Shown piece after piece: positions 1-9,272 of a DNA stretch of 64,000 bases. Positions within the stretch are counted from its first letter, which is position 1; each line of letters opens with the position of its first letter. Source of the stretch: Candidatus Omnitrophota bacterium. GTDB taxonomy: Bacteria > Omnitrophota > Gorgyraeia > Zapsychrales > Zapsychraceae. The notes beneath the pieces are model-generated. The model did not search any database. It was not told where the DNA came from and saw nothing but the letters and a program-made list of their open reading frames with translations. Location of the stretch: assembly GCA_029261055.1 (NCBI GenBank), contig JAJDCA010000038.1, positions 9,619-73,618 of the forward strand, given 5' to 3'. The position numbers and the translations under genes are program-made.

Positions 1-188
1 CTTCCCAAATAACTTTTTCCTCGCCTCTGATAACATTTAAAACAAGCATCTGACAAGGCTGATCCTCACGCACAGCGCGATACTTCCTGACTTTACCTTC
101 CAAATACCCGTCATACGTAATTTCATCAAATAACGGCATATGCAAAAAAAGATTTGAATGCTGAATGCCTCCATCAATAAGATTCATT
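1..188 (-). CDS. N-terminal part of a hypothetical protein running off the window start (MNLIDGGIQHSNLFLHMPLFDEITYDGYLEGKVRKYRAV...)
   Basis: Hand-translated open frame on the minus strand starting at ATG (complement of 186-188). It is preceded by an AAGGGG RBS-like motif. It is not in the ORF track because it is truncated by the window edge. Confidence 0.3.
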
Positions 189-240
189 TTCTGTCCCCTT
201 CATAAAGTCATGGTATTTTCAAAAGTTAACGAAATAACCA

Positions 241-380
241 AGAAACAAGTTACAAGATACAAACAAAAATCAATTTCCAATATTCAATAATCAAACAAAA
301 TTTTATCGGAAAGTTGTTTGGAATTTGAATATTGATTATTGCATCTTGTTTGTATCTTGTTTCTTGTATCTTGTTTCTTT
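241..380. repeat. Iteron-like direct and inverted repeats of the ACAAGATACAA / TTGTATCTTGT family around a central palindrome
   Basis: Three tandem units CTTGTTTGTAT / CTTGTTTCTTGTAT / CTTGTTTCT at 345-378. Inverted copies AGAAACAAGTTACAAGATACAAACAA at 241-266. Inner palindrome CAATAATCAA..TTGATTATTG. Confidence 0.5.
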
Positions 381-749
381 CAAATTATTTTTAACATTAC
401 CTAAAGCTATGCCCTGCTGATTCAAAATGGGACGGATAATATTGGCCTTATCGCCCTGAACTTCAATAACACCACCCGATTCAGCCACATAAAAAGTCCC
501 GCCACTGCCTGTTTTTGACTTTAGCACCTTGGCTAAATTTTTTAAATACGCCTCGTCCGGCGGCAAGCCATCAATCACCGTCACAGCCTTCCCCTTACGC
601 CCAGATTTCTCAAGACGCAAACGCGGTTTAAATTGATCCAGCTTAGGTTGAGTCGGATCATACGCCGGACACGTACACCCATCAAGCGGTTTATGACATC
701 GAGGACATTGCGCATCCGAAGGAAAAATATTATCAGGAATATCAATCAT
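336..749 (-). CDS. yciH: Translation initiation factor SUI1/YciH family protein
   Basis: The core GRKGKAVTVIDGL...GSGGTF...IEVQGD matches the eIF1/SUI1 fold signature. The C-terminal tail is encoded by short tandem repeats. Confidence 0.7.
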   Translation of the reverse strand: MIDIPDNIFPSDAQCPRCHKPLDGCTCPAYDPTQPKLDQFKPRLRLEKSGRKGKAVTVIDGLPPDEAYLKNLAKVLKSKTGSGGTFYVAESGGVIEVQGDKANIIRPILNQQGIALGNVKNNLKETRYKKQDTNKMQ

Positions 750-756
750 AGATTAG

Positions 757-845
757 GCCGCCTTCGGCGGTGACTTATGTGACTCGTCGCTAGTGACGCG
801 TCGCTCGTAAAAAAACGAGTCACGCGCCACGAGCGACGAGCCATT
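757..845. other. GC-rich double hairpin (UUCG-type tetraloop stem plus a roughly 25-bp imperfect stem) followed by a T-run on the plus strand
   Basis: CCGCC-TTCG-GGCGG at 759-771. GACTCGTCGCTAGTGACGCGTCGCTCG-TAAAAAAA-CGAGTCACGCGCCACGAGCGACGAG at 781-838. Then CATTTTAAAATTT. Confidence 0.45.
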
Positions 846-861
846 TTAAAATTTCTTAACC

Positions 862-1071
862 TTAATAATGTGGCGGCCGCTCTTCCTCTTCTCTTGCACG
901 AACCAAATCCCCACTCGTAACTTGTTCTTTAAAACCTTTCAGGGCCCTCTCCAAAACATCCATTTTCTTCTGCTGATCAACAATCACTTCATTCAATTCT
1001 TCCAGCGCATGCTCCTGAAAAGCCATCTTTTTTTCTAATTCAATAATACGTTTTTCCATGCTTGCCCCCAT
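862..1071 (-). CDS. slyX: SlyX family protein
   Basis: 69-aa coiled-coil protein. The motif IELEKKMAFQEHALEELNEVIVDQQKKMDVLERAL is typical of SlyX. Confidence 0.7.
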   Translation of the reverse strand: MGASMEKRIIELEKKMAFQEHALEELNEVIVDQQKKMDVLERALKGFKEQVTSGDLVRAREEEERPPHY

Positions 1072-1073
1072 AT

Positions 1074-3116
1074 TTATTCTGAAACTCTCATGACAAATGG
1101 AAGATTGTTAATAGGCATCACTTCAAAAATAAAAGGAACAAGCCCACGCACCTCAATATTTTTCCAATTTTCCGTATTCTCCAAACTCAATGATGCTGCA
1201 TCTACACTCTCACCTTGATGCTCCCATTGAAGTTTCTGTGGATTTAAATCAATCCCGCCTTTTTTATGCTTTTCCAATTTATTATCTAAAGAATGACCAT
1301 ATTTTTCGTCGCTAATCATGGCATGATCGTTAACCTTGTATTTCTTTCTTAATGCCTGAATTATTTTTCTTTGTTCTATAAAAAAATTATCCACAACTTC
1401 CTCAGTAATAATTTTTCCTTTAAATTCATCCCGTTTACTTTTATCCTTATGCCCTAAAGTAATTATTTTACTTTTTAAATTTTCTTGTTTGTACAACTCA
1501 TCTTTAAATTTATCAATAAGTTTTTGAATGGCAAATACTCGTAATTGTGTTCCCACCTCAGAGTACTTTCTTTCTTTGCTTACACTTCTGTTCCAAGGGG
1601 CAATTTCCATGATACTCGTAGGTTCACTTCCATTTAAATCAGCCCATCCCTCGACCGCACCCTTATCTTCTGAAAAAACAAAATAAACATCAGACATTTC
1701 CTCTTTTTCTTGATATTCAACATGTGAAATAAATTTTACAACATCAGGCCAATGCCTTACCTGACTATCATTCTTATACTTCAACCACTCTACCAAACTT
1801 TCAATAGTTTTCTTTCTTTGATCATCGTTTAATTCTGCTCCATTAACAACATGAAGTTTAACCAAATACTTTTCATCTACATTGTTCCGCAATGCGACTA
1901 GTGTATTATTGTAATTTTGAACATTGTTCAGCTTACTCGCCAACATACTCAAATCACCAATAATTTTAAAATCTTCTTTTGCTTTTGTTTTCACCGGTAT
2001 ATTGTACTTGCCGCTAATTTTGATTCCTCCGGAAAAATATTTTCTTGGGATGATTTGGCCGGTGACTGTGTCGTAATCTTCTTTGATTAAATCATGCGTA
2101 CCTCGACGAAAAGAAATGAGGTATCGCTCGTAAATTTTATTCTTCACACCCTTATTTTCAATCGTAATACCTTCAATATTTTTTTGATCAGAATATTTCT
2201 GATTAATCAGGCTTGCCTTGAATTTCTTTTTGTACCAAGCAGCAAGAATCAAAGAGTTATAAATTTGGCGGAGTTTGGCAAAATTCTTTCCTTCATTCAC
2301 TTCCTGTTCAATGATGGGAATGATAATTTCTCTGATAATATCCGTTGTCATTTTATATTTCGTATTTCGCATATCGTATATTGCGCTTTTCTTTTCACTA
2401 CCTGTTCTTCCGTACTCACCTTCCGCTAAATAATCCTCTTGAAGCATGACCTTTAAATGTCCATCAATGACAAATACTCTATTACCATTTTCATACACTC
2501 GCGCCTTATCTGACACAATCCAAACCTTGTTAAAAGTATCCACTGGAATATCCGTTGTTCCGAAACGTTTGTATGCCTGTGCATACACCTTATCCCAAAA
2601 TTTTTCTCCTAACTCATATTCGGGATGCATCAAGGATGAGGTCAACTGCTTGAGCAAATAGTCCTGCGCGAGCAAGTCCCTCCCCATAGCGGTTTGGCCA
2701 AAAGCCTCTGGAATAATGCGGTCTTTTTCGTAGGGTGACAAATTTACCCACAAATCTTCTTCGGGAATAGACAAAGAAGCTAAAAAATATTTAATCAACC
2801 CTTGAGCTTCTCCACGTACTTGCTGTTCATTCAAGGTTGAATGCCCACTATCCAGAATAAAATCAAACCGAAACGGTTGATCCGGATTAATCACCAGCCC
2901 TCTTAACATCGGTGGGACAAAATTTTGACTTTGAATCACTCTCACCCCTAGCATAGGCAACCCCAGATCACCCCCCGAGGTTGATTTAGGTTGTTCCTGT
3001 GAAAAAACATACGCACCATTTACAACAAACCAAACTAAAACTAATAAAATAGATAATTTTAAAAAGGACCTGGGAGGTTTTCTGTAAAAATTTTTAATTT
3101 TATTCGTGTCCTGCAT
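1074..3116 (-). CDS. Secreted hypothetical protein. It is a paralogue of the N-terminal domain, and shares a short C-terminal motif, of the giant protein at 23122..30036.
   Basis: N-terminal signal/TM segment. About 330 aa are clearly alignable with the giant protein, for example GRDLLAQDYLLKQLTSSLMHPE vs GRDMLAQDYMLKQLTSSLMHPE and IIPRKYFSGGIKIS vs IIPRKYFSGGIEIS. The C-terminal GGIDLN...VRGLVPF motif is also shared. Confidence 0.7.
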   Translation of the reverse strand: MQDTNKIKNFYRKPPRSFLKLSILLVLVWFVVNGAYVFSQEQPKSTSGGDLGLPMLGVRVIQSQNFVPPMLRGLVINPDQPFRFDFILDSGHSTLNEQQVRGEAQGLIKYFLASLSIPEEDLWVNLSPYEKDRIIPEAFGQTAMGRDLLAQDYLLKQLTSSLMHPEYELGEKFWDKVYAQAYKRFGTTDIPVDTFNKVWIVSDKARVYENGNRVFVIDGHLKVMLQEDYLAEGEYGRTGSEKKSAIYDMRNTKYKMTTDIIREIIIPIIEQEVNEGKNFAKLRQIYNSLILAAWYKKKFKASLINQKYSDQKNIEGITIENKGVKNKIYERYLISFRRGTHDLIKEDYDTVTGQIIPRKYFSGGIKISGKYNIPVKTKAKEDFKIIGDLSMLASKLNNVQNYNNTLVALRNNVDEKYLVKLHVVNGAELNDDQRKKTIESLVEWLKYKNDSQVRHWPDVVKFISHVEYQEKEEMSDVYFVFSEDKGAVEGWADLNGSEPTSIMEIAPWNRSVSKERKYSEVGTQLRVFAIQKLIDKFKDELYKQENLKSKIITLGHKDKSKRDEFKGKIITEEVVDNFFIEQRKIIQALRKKYKVNDHAMISDEKYGHSLDNKLEKHKKGGIDLNPQKLQWEHQGESVDAASLSLENTENWKNIEVRGLVPFIFEVMPINNLPFVMRVSE

Positions 3117-3183
3117 AATTTTTTAATCCATAAAATAATTTTTTCTTACATAATTTAACATAAAATACATCCAATACTAATAA

Positions 3184-4248
3184 TTAATCATTCCCTCTAT
3201 TAAACCGCTCTAACGTGACGCCTTCGTTGAGTAACGATACGCCGCTTAGATAATCGGCAAAATGGGAGGCATAGAATGGGGTCATTAGAAATCCTTTTGA
3301 ACCTAATCCATTAAAAATAGCTAAATTTTTAATTTTCGGGTGTCGCCCTAGAATAGCTTTTTGATCTTTGATAACCGGTCGCACGCCAGCTTTATGATCT
3401 GTAACTTCAATAGTATTTGTAAAACACTGATTAAGACCAGCTACGATTTGATCACGCGCTGCCTCTGTCGGCTCACAATCTAATTGATCCCACTGATAAT
3501 TAGCTCCTGCTATCCACTGCGGCTGCTCCAAAGGGATGCACCACTTTCCTCTATTAATAATCATATGCGGTAATTTGGGCCCTTCTATTTTAATCTTTAA
3601 AATTTCGCCTTTAGCACTATTAAAAGGAATCCAATCAAACCAAGGATTCCATTGCGCCTTATACCCTTCACAAAAAATAACTGTACGAAACGATTCGCCA
3701 CCAAAGCAAACATTGTTATCCTTAATAGTTAAATCATCGTAAGAAAATTTTTGCAGCGCAAGAACATTCCGATTGTGAAAATACGCCTTCAACGTTGTTA
3801 AAAGTCGTTCTGTATGACAAAACCCTGATGACTTGATCACCACACTCCCTAACGGATCATTAATAGCCGCATGCACTGTCCTCGACGGATTAATAGGCTG
3901 ACTGTATTGCTGTCCTTCATTGAGCTTAACTCTTCTCTGCCACTGATCATGTTCACGTGCATCTTGAAATACGCGTAATATGGGCAAGGATTCAAAGAAA
4001 TGTTGATCAAATTGTGTTTCTAATTCTTGATATGTTTTTAAAGCATGCGCAAAAAAATGATCAAATCCATCCGCTATCGTAAATCGTTTTCCTATTACCG
4101 GATTAATGATACCGGCGCTGACCATCGAAGAGGAGTGTTTGTGTCCGTCGTCAACAATGCTTATTTGCTTATCCCGTTTTAACAGCTCCCAAGCAAGAAA
4201 GCTACCAACGACGCCTTGACCAATAATAAGAAAATCTTTCACAAGCAA
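3184..4248 (-). CDS. FAD-dependent oxidoreductase, MnmC C-terminal (cmnm5s2U demodification) domain-like
   Basis: N-terminal dinucleotide-binding motif IIGQGVVGSFLAWEL. It is glycine/D-amino-acid-oxidase-like. It overlaps the upstream MnmD-like gene by 10 nt, which mirrors the domain order of E. coli MnmC. Confidence 0.55.
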   Translation of the reverse strand: MLVKDFLIIGQGVVGSFLAWELLKRDKQISIVDDGHKHSSSMVSAGIINPVIGKRFTIADGFDHFFAHALKTYQELETQFDQHFFESLPILRVFQDAREHDQWQRRVKLNEGQQYSQPINPSRTVHAAINDPLGSVVIKSSGFCHTERLLTTLKAYFHNRNVLALQKFSYDDLTIKDNNVCFGGESFRTVIFCEGYKAQWNPWFDWIPFNSAKGEILKIKIEGPKLPHMIINRGKWCIPLEQPQWIAGANYQWDQLDCEPTEAARDQIVAGLNQCFTNTIEVTDHKAGVRPVIKDQKAILGRHPKIKNLAIFNGLGSKGFLMTPFYASHFADYLSGVSLLNEGVTLERFNRGND

Positions 4249-5030
4249 TACTTCCCTTTTAACATATGCCTTTTTCTGCCGAAACCCGGCGCACGCACCG
4301 TTTCAAATCTATTCTTTATTAATCCTCGACGGACAAAACCTGTTGATGTGTAGGTACTTACCGTCGTACCCGCTTTAGATAATGGTGCCATTTTAGCAAA
4401 AACATCATCTGACCACATCTCCGGATTCTTAGCCGGCGCAAACCCATCTAAATACCAGGCATCCACCCCATAATTCTCCTTACGCATATCATCCAAGGCC
4501 AACACAACATGTTTTGTAATTAGACTCAATTTTATTTTTCCCTGATCAAAAGAGATATGTTCATTTTGATTAATCAATTTGGAATATTGGCCAACTAATA
4601 AGTCGGCATACTTATTTAACTCCGGCCATAATCTAAGTATCTTATCCAAATCTTCTTTGTTTAATGGAAATTGATCAATAGAAACGTATTGCAACGTCCA
4701 ACTTTTGGGCGCCCATTCCTGCCAAAGTAACCACGTGCACAAAAAATTTAACCCCGAACCGAAACCAGTTTCGCCAATCGTAAACGTCCCTGCCTGCGAT
4801 TCCGATAAACCTTGCCACCTTCGTTTTAATTCATTCCCCCCACAAAAAACATATTGAGATTCCAGCATGCCATTTTCTGCACAAAAATAGGGATCATCAA
4901 ATTGCGTAGATCGTGGCGCCCCATTATCGTCCCATTCAATCGGGGCATAATTTAACTTATGATTAATTAATTTTGGCATGGTTAATAATAATATAGCAAC
5001 GAAGAAAGTCAATGCAACATAAATACCCAC
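4239..5030 (-). CDS. mnmD: tRNA 5-methylaminomethyl-2-thiouridine methyltransferase domain protein (MnmD/DUF752)
   Basis: Motifs IEWDDNG...FDDPYF, GETGFGSGLNF and WYLDGFAPAKNPEMW are diagnostic of the MnmC methyltransferase domain. Confidence 0.65.
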   Translation of the reverse strand: MGIYVALTFFVAILLLTMPKLINHKLNYAPIEWDDNGAPRSTQFDDPYFCAENGMLESQYVFCGGNELKRRWQGLSESQAGTFTIGETGFGSGLNFLCTWLLWQEWAPKSWTLQYVSIDQFPLNKEDLDKILRLWPELNKYADLLVGQYSKLINQNEHISFDQGKIKLSLITKHVVLALDDMRKENYGVDAWYLDGFAPAKNPEMWSDDVFAKMAPLSKAGTTVSTYTSTGFVRRGLIKNRFETVRAPGFGRKRHMLKGKYCL

Positions 5031-5072
5031 ACAAAATATTGTTATAAAACCCTCATCTGCTACAATAATCTA

Positions 5073-6362
5073 ATGATTAAATCATCAAAAATTCTTTATG
5101 GAATATGTATTATTCTATTTTTTCTTTTCATCCGTATTTCTGACTCCCTTGCTGATAATTTAACAGATGAAGCGGCTCAATTATTTGACCAATGGCGAAG
5201 CGCTGTTTTTCAAGTCCGTGTCATTGATTTATCCACTCAAGAAAAATCTTCAACTGGATCTGGATTTTTTATTGACCCCAAGGGTTATGCCGTGACTAAC
5301 TATCATGTGGTCTCGTCCTATGTAAATAAACCAAGTAATCATAAAATTGAAATCATTAATCATGCAGGGGACATACAGGATCTTTCCTTGGTCTATTTTG
5401 ATATTGTCCATGACCTTGCTATTTTAACCACAAAAAAAGCCTCCCCCTTAACCTTATTGCTGAATCAGTCTGATCTTTCTCATGGAGAGAAAATTTTTTC
5501 CATGGGAAACCCGCATGACTTAGGTATGACCATTATCGAAGGAACATTTAATGGTTTAATGAAACAATCCTTAGACCGTAGGATCCTTTTCTCCGGATCC
5601 CTTAATCCTGGAATGAGTGGCGGCCCTACCCTTAATCATGAAGGAAAAATTATCGGAATTAATGTCTCAACAATGAACAATGATGTTAGCTTTCTTGTTC
5701 CTGTGGAATATTTAAATGCTTTAGTAGCTAAAATCGAACAAGAACCTGTTTTGCCTAACACAAATTGGGATCAACTAATCGAAAATCAATTAATTGAAAA
5801 TCAAGATCACTTTATCAATACTTACCTTAAACAAGAATGGCAAACTTCTAAACTTGGGGATGCCATCATTCCAGGAGAAATTTCCCCTTATGTAAAATGC
5901 TGGGGAGGCTCTAAAAACAGAGATGAAGATCTAATGATTAAAGCCATGACCAATTGTAGTACAGAAGATTATATTTATGTTAACGATTATTTTTATACAT
6001 CTTACTTGGATTATCGTTTCTCTTGGCATGAAAGTAAAAACCTTCATTTCCTTAGACTTTATGCCCATCTTCAGGATGATTTCCCAAAAATTAATTATTT
6101 AAATAATGCATCAAAAACTGATGTTGAACGATTTAAATGCCAAACTGATTTTGTTACCATGGATAACCGCGTTTTTAAAACAGCTTTGTGTTCCCGAAGA
6201 TATAAACGTTTTAAAAAATTGTATGATGTCAGTTTAGATTTTATGTCTGTAGACGAATATGATCGTTCATTAATGGGGGGATTAATATTAGAAGGTGTCA
6301 CAAAAACTAAAAGCCAAGAATTTATTAAATATTTTATGGAAAAAATACAATGGAAAAATTAG
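5073..6362 (+). CDS. Secreted trypsin-like (S1) serine protease with a C-terminal domain of unknown function
   Basis: Signal peptide. Catalytic triad context NYHVV (His), DLAIL (Asp) and GMSGGP (Ser). There is no PDZ domain. The roughly 200-aa C-terminal extension is unrecognised. Confidence 0.65.
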   Translation: MIKSSKILYGICIILFFLFIRISDSLADNLTDEAAQLFDQWRSAVFQVRVIDLSTQEKSSTGSGFFIDPKGYAVTNYHVVSSYVNKPSNHKIEIINHAGDIQDLSLVYFDIVHDLAILTTKKASPLTLLLNQSDLSHGEKIFSMGNPHDLGMTIIEGTFNGLMKQSLDRRILFSGSLNPGMSGGPTLNHEGKIIGINVSTMNNDVSFLVPVEYLNALVAKIEQEPVLPNTNWDQLIENQLIENQDHFINTYLKQEWQTSKLGDAIIPGEISPYVKCWGGSKNRDEDLMIKAMTNCSTEDYIYVNDYFYTSYLDYRFSWHESKNLHFLRLYAHLQDDFPKINYLNNASKTDVERFKCQTDFVTMDNRVFKTALCSRRYKRFKKLYDVSLDFMSVDEYDRSLMGGLILEGVTKTKSQEFIKYFMEKIQWKN

Positions 6363-7285
6363 TCATTGAAGTTATTAAACCAGGAAAAATGCACAATGAA
6401 TTTTGTGTATTCACTGGATCAACCATTCGTATTGGTCGTGGATTTAATAATGATGTCATTCTTGATGATGCCTTTGTTTCTTCTGAACATTGTGAAATTA
6501 TACGTGATGATGAAGGCATAAAAATAAAAGACTTAAACAGTAAAAATGGCATTTACAACATTAAAGCTAAACAAATCCAGACGGACCTGGCCATCCATTC
6601 AGGTGATAAATTTATTGTGGGCCGTACTGAATTGAGAGTTTATCTCTCTTCCCACACAGTTAAACCAGCTCGCCCACTTATCCCCCGACATAAAATCATC
6701 ACTGCACTTAGAAAACCAATAACAGCGTGGATTTTGTTTTCTTTATTAAGCGCTCTGGCCTATTTGACGGGAGTCATCACAACGATAGAAAACGGTAAAC
6801 AAGGACAGATAATATTAACAGCCGTTGTTATTACCGGTATTATGATCTTCTGGGCGGGATTTTGGGCTATTATTGGATGGATTAGCCGCCATAGATTGCG
6901 TTTTGGCATTCAATTGTCCATTGCCTGCCTCTGGTACATCCTTTATATGCTATGCTCATTTATTATTGATTATGCTGCTTTTTATTTTAACCGTAACCTT
7001 TTGTATGTCATTTTGATGGGGCTGTGTTTTACAATGATCACAATTTTAGGATATTTAGGACATCTGCACTTTGCCACACGGATGAAAACAAAAACAAAAA
7101 TAATTTCGGCGACTGTGATTACATTAATTATGTTGGGCCTATCCGGCGTGATTATGAACTTTTATCATGAATCTCAATATCTTCAAAAAGAATACTCTAG
7201 CTCTGTTAATCCTCCCTACCTTGGAAATCCCCCTGCTCATTCCATCGAAGAATTTATTCAAAAAACAAATAAAATTTTTGAATAA
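6350..7285 (+). CDS. FHA-domain membrane protein
   Basis: N-terminal FHA signature (IRIGRGFNNDVILDD..VSSEHCEI...DLNSKNG) followed by about 6 predicted TM helices. It overlaps the protease gene by 13 nt. Confidence 0.6.
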   Translation: MEKLVIEVIKPGKMHNEFCVFTGSTIRIGRGFNNDVILDDAFVSSEHCEIIRDDEGIKIKDLNSKNGIYNIKAKQIQTDLAIHSGDKFIVGRTELRVYLSSHTVKPARPLIPRHKIITALRKPITAWILFSLLSALAYLTGVITTIENGKQGQIILTAVVITGIMIFWAGFWAIIGWISRHRLRFGIQLSIACLWYILYMLCSFIIDYAAFYFNRNLLYVILMGLCFTMITILGYLGHLHFATRMKTKTKIISATVITLIMLGLSGVIMNFYHESQYLQKEYSSSVNPPYLGNPPAHSIEEFIQKTNKIFE

Positions 7286-7308
7286 AAGAACTAGAGCCAC
7301 CCCGTTTT

Positions 7309-7590
7309 TTATTCATATTCACACAGGTAAGCTGTATCTTGTTCAACCTTTGTTTTGAATTTTGATGCCGCAGGAATTTCAAAAGATGCGCCCACACCAA
7401 AATCTTCCCATTCATCATATTCAGCGAAATACACCGTTAAGGCTCCGGAAACCACCGTGATAACTTCTTTTGTTGTTGTATCAAATTCATACTCGCCCGG
7501 TTCCATAACCCCGATGGTCTTTCGATTGTCACCTGAATTAATACCGAAAGATTTCACCTTCCCTTCAAAATACTCCTTTACTTCAACCAT
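7309..7590 (-). CDS. ppnP: Pyrimidine/purine nucleoside phosphorylase PpnP (YaiE, DUF1255)
   Basis: 93 aa. EYFEGKVKS...GVMEPGEYEF...VVSGAL...YLCEY closely parallels E. coli YaiE. Confidence 0.75.
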   Translation of the reverse strand: MVEVKEYFEGKVKSFGINSGDNRKTIGVMEPGEYEFDTTTKEVITVVSGALTVYFAEYDEWEDFGVGASFEIPAASKFKTKVEQDTAYLCEYE

Positions 7591-7595
7591 TTCTC

Positions 7596-9266
7596 TTACT
7601 CCTTTTCTTTTTTTACAGGGCCAATGCCCCTTATTTTTTTAATAATACTTTCTGCAACCTTCATTCCATCAACCGCCGAAGAGACAATGCCTCCGGCATA
7701 TCCGGCACCTTCACCTGTAGGATAAACACCTGCAATAGTCGACTGAAAAAACTCATCCCGCGTAAATCTAACAGGAGAAGAACTCCGCGTTTCAACACCT
7801 ACAAGCACAGCATCCGGATAAGCAAAACCCTTAATCTTTCTATCCAGAGCAGGAAGCGCCTCTTTTATACTTTCAATAACATAATAAGGCAAGCACTCAT
7901 CTAACAAAGTCATCTTTACACCCGGTTCATACGTCGAAGACACTTCCCCGGAAGCTTTGGAAGGCTCTCCTTTTAAAAAATCACCAACGCGTTGAGCAGG
8001 AGCGCTGTAATTCTTTCCTCCCGCCACAAAAGCCTTTCGCTCCCACTTACGCTGAAATTCAATCCCCGCAAGAGGATGCTCAGACTCAAAATCATCCGGC
8101 GAAATATTCACGAGCAAGGCACTATTAGAATTTTGACCATCCTGAGCACATTCACTCATGCCATTTGTCACAACCCCACCTTCCTCTGAAGAAGAGGCCA
8201 CGACAAAACCTCCGGGACACATACAAAAAGTATACACCGAACGCTTGCCTTTAAGGTGGGCCACCAGTTTATATCTTGCCGTCGATAGCTTTGGATTATT
8301 ACAACAATGGCCATACTGAGATTTATTGATCAATTCCGTAGGATGTTCAATTCTAAGACCGACAGCAAATGACTTGGGTTTCATCCCGATTTCCTTATCA
8401 TAAAGCATTTGATAGGTATCCCGGGCAGAATGACCGATCGCAAGAATAAGATTATCTACCAGGATTTTCTCCTGACCATCAAAAATCGCCGCCGCAACTT
8501 TTTGATTTTCAATTTCTATATTCGTAAGGCACGTATGAAACCGCACCTCCCCCTTCAAACTTATTATCTTCTCACGTATTTTCTTTACAACCCCACGTAA
8601 TTTATCGGTCCCGATATGCGGATGGGCATCCGTCGCAATTCTTTGAGGAGCTCCCGCTTTGATAAATTCATCAAAGACATACTTCATCCTTGAATTCTTT
8701 ATATTGGTATACAATTTACCATCAGAAAAAGTACCTGCCCCACCCTCACCAAATTGCACATTTGAATTGATGTTCAGCTTACCGGATGAAAAAAATCGCC
8801 CCACATCTTTAACACGCGCATCAACATCGCCACCACGGTCAATAACCAAAGGCCTTAACCCCGCCTCAGCCAAAACTAAAGCACAGAACAATCCACTCGG
8901 ACCTGTACCAACGACAATAGGACGAGACACATTGTTAGAAGGAATTTCTTGAATTTCATAAAAGTAGGGTTCCTGTAAGCGTATTTTATGACGAAGAGCT
9001 TTCTTTTTTCTTACTGCAGAAGATTGTGCTTGTGGAGAAAAATAACTTTTAAGATTTTTTATTTGGACATTAACAGAATAGACTAAAAGGATATTATCTT
9101 TTTTACGTGAATCAATGGCTCTTTTTACAATAGCATAACCGACAAGCTCGCCTCGATTGATCCCTAAAATCTTTACAATTTTTCCTTCTAAAACGTCCTC
9201 TCCCTGATCAAGATTAAGGGTGATTTCTTCAATTCTAATAGAACTATTTTTGGAAATATCGGCCAT
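7596..9266 (-). CDS. FAD-dependent dehydrogenase (COG2509-type)
   Basis: Rossmann motif VVGTGPSGLFCALVLAEAG. Length and architecture are typical of the uncharacterised FAD-dependent protein family. Confidence 0.55.
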   Translation of the reverse strand: MADISKNSSIRIEEITLNLDQGEDVLEGKIVKILGINRGELVGYAIVKRAIDSRKKDNILLVYSVNVQIKNLKSYFSPQAQSSAVRKKKALRHKIRLQEPYFYEIQEIPSNNVSRPIVVGTGPSGLFCALVLAEAGLRPLVIDRGGDVDARVKDVGRFFSSGKLNINSNVQFGEGGAGTFSDGKLYTNIKNSRMKYVFDEFIKAGAPQRIATDAHPHIGTDKLRGVVKKIREKIISLKGEVRFHTCLTNIEIENQKVAAAIFDGQEKILVDNLILAIGHSARDTYQMLYDKEIGMKPKSFAVGLRIEHPTELINKSQYGHCCNNPKLSTARYKLVAHLKGKRSVYTFCMCPGGFVVASSSEEGGVVTNGMSECAQDGQNSNSALLVNISPDDFESEHPLAGIEFQRKWERKAFVAGGKNYSAPAQRVGDFLKGEPSKASGEVSSTYEPGVKMTLLDECLPYYVIESIKEALPALDRKIKGFAYPDAVLVGVETRSSSPVRFTRDEFFQSTIAGVYPTGEGAGYAGGIVSSAVDGMKVAESIIKKIRGIGPVKKEKE

Positions 9267-9272
9267 TAATTT

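Noticed and set aside
2094-2661. Plus-strand ORFs 2094..2429 and 2446..2661. The same applies to many others: 3536..3742, 6095..6552, 7167..7642, 7992..8952, 9471..9842, 13056..14557, 15904..17290, 17748..18265, 19142..20596, 23168..29955, 33242..35255, 35877..36089, 36976..37194, 48372..49123, 54233..54478, 55871..56098, 56559..56862, 57244..57450, 58801..59233, 59540..59808, 60638..61300 and 62258..63499.
   Set aside because: All are embedded antisense or out-of-frame within long, well-supported genes. They have low-complexity or Ser/Phe-rich translations typical of shadow ORFs.
336-3116. A shared QDTNK peptide at the C-terminus of the YciH-like ORF and the N-terminus of ORF 1074..3116.
   Set aside because: It is only 5 residues and is encoded by different nucleotide sequences. 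It is a coincidence.
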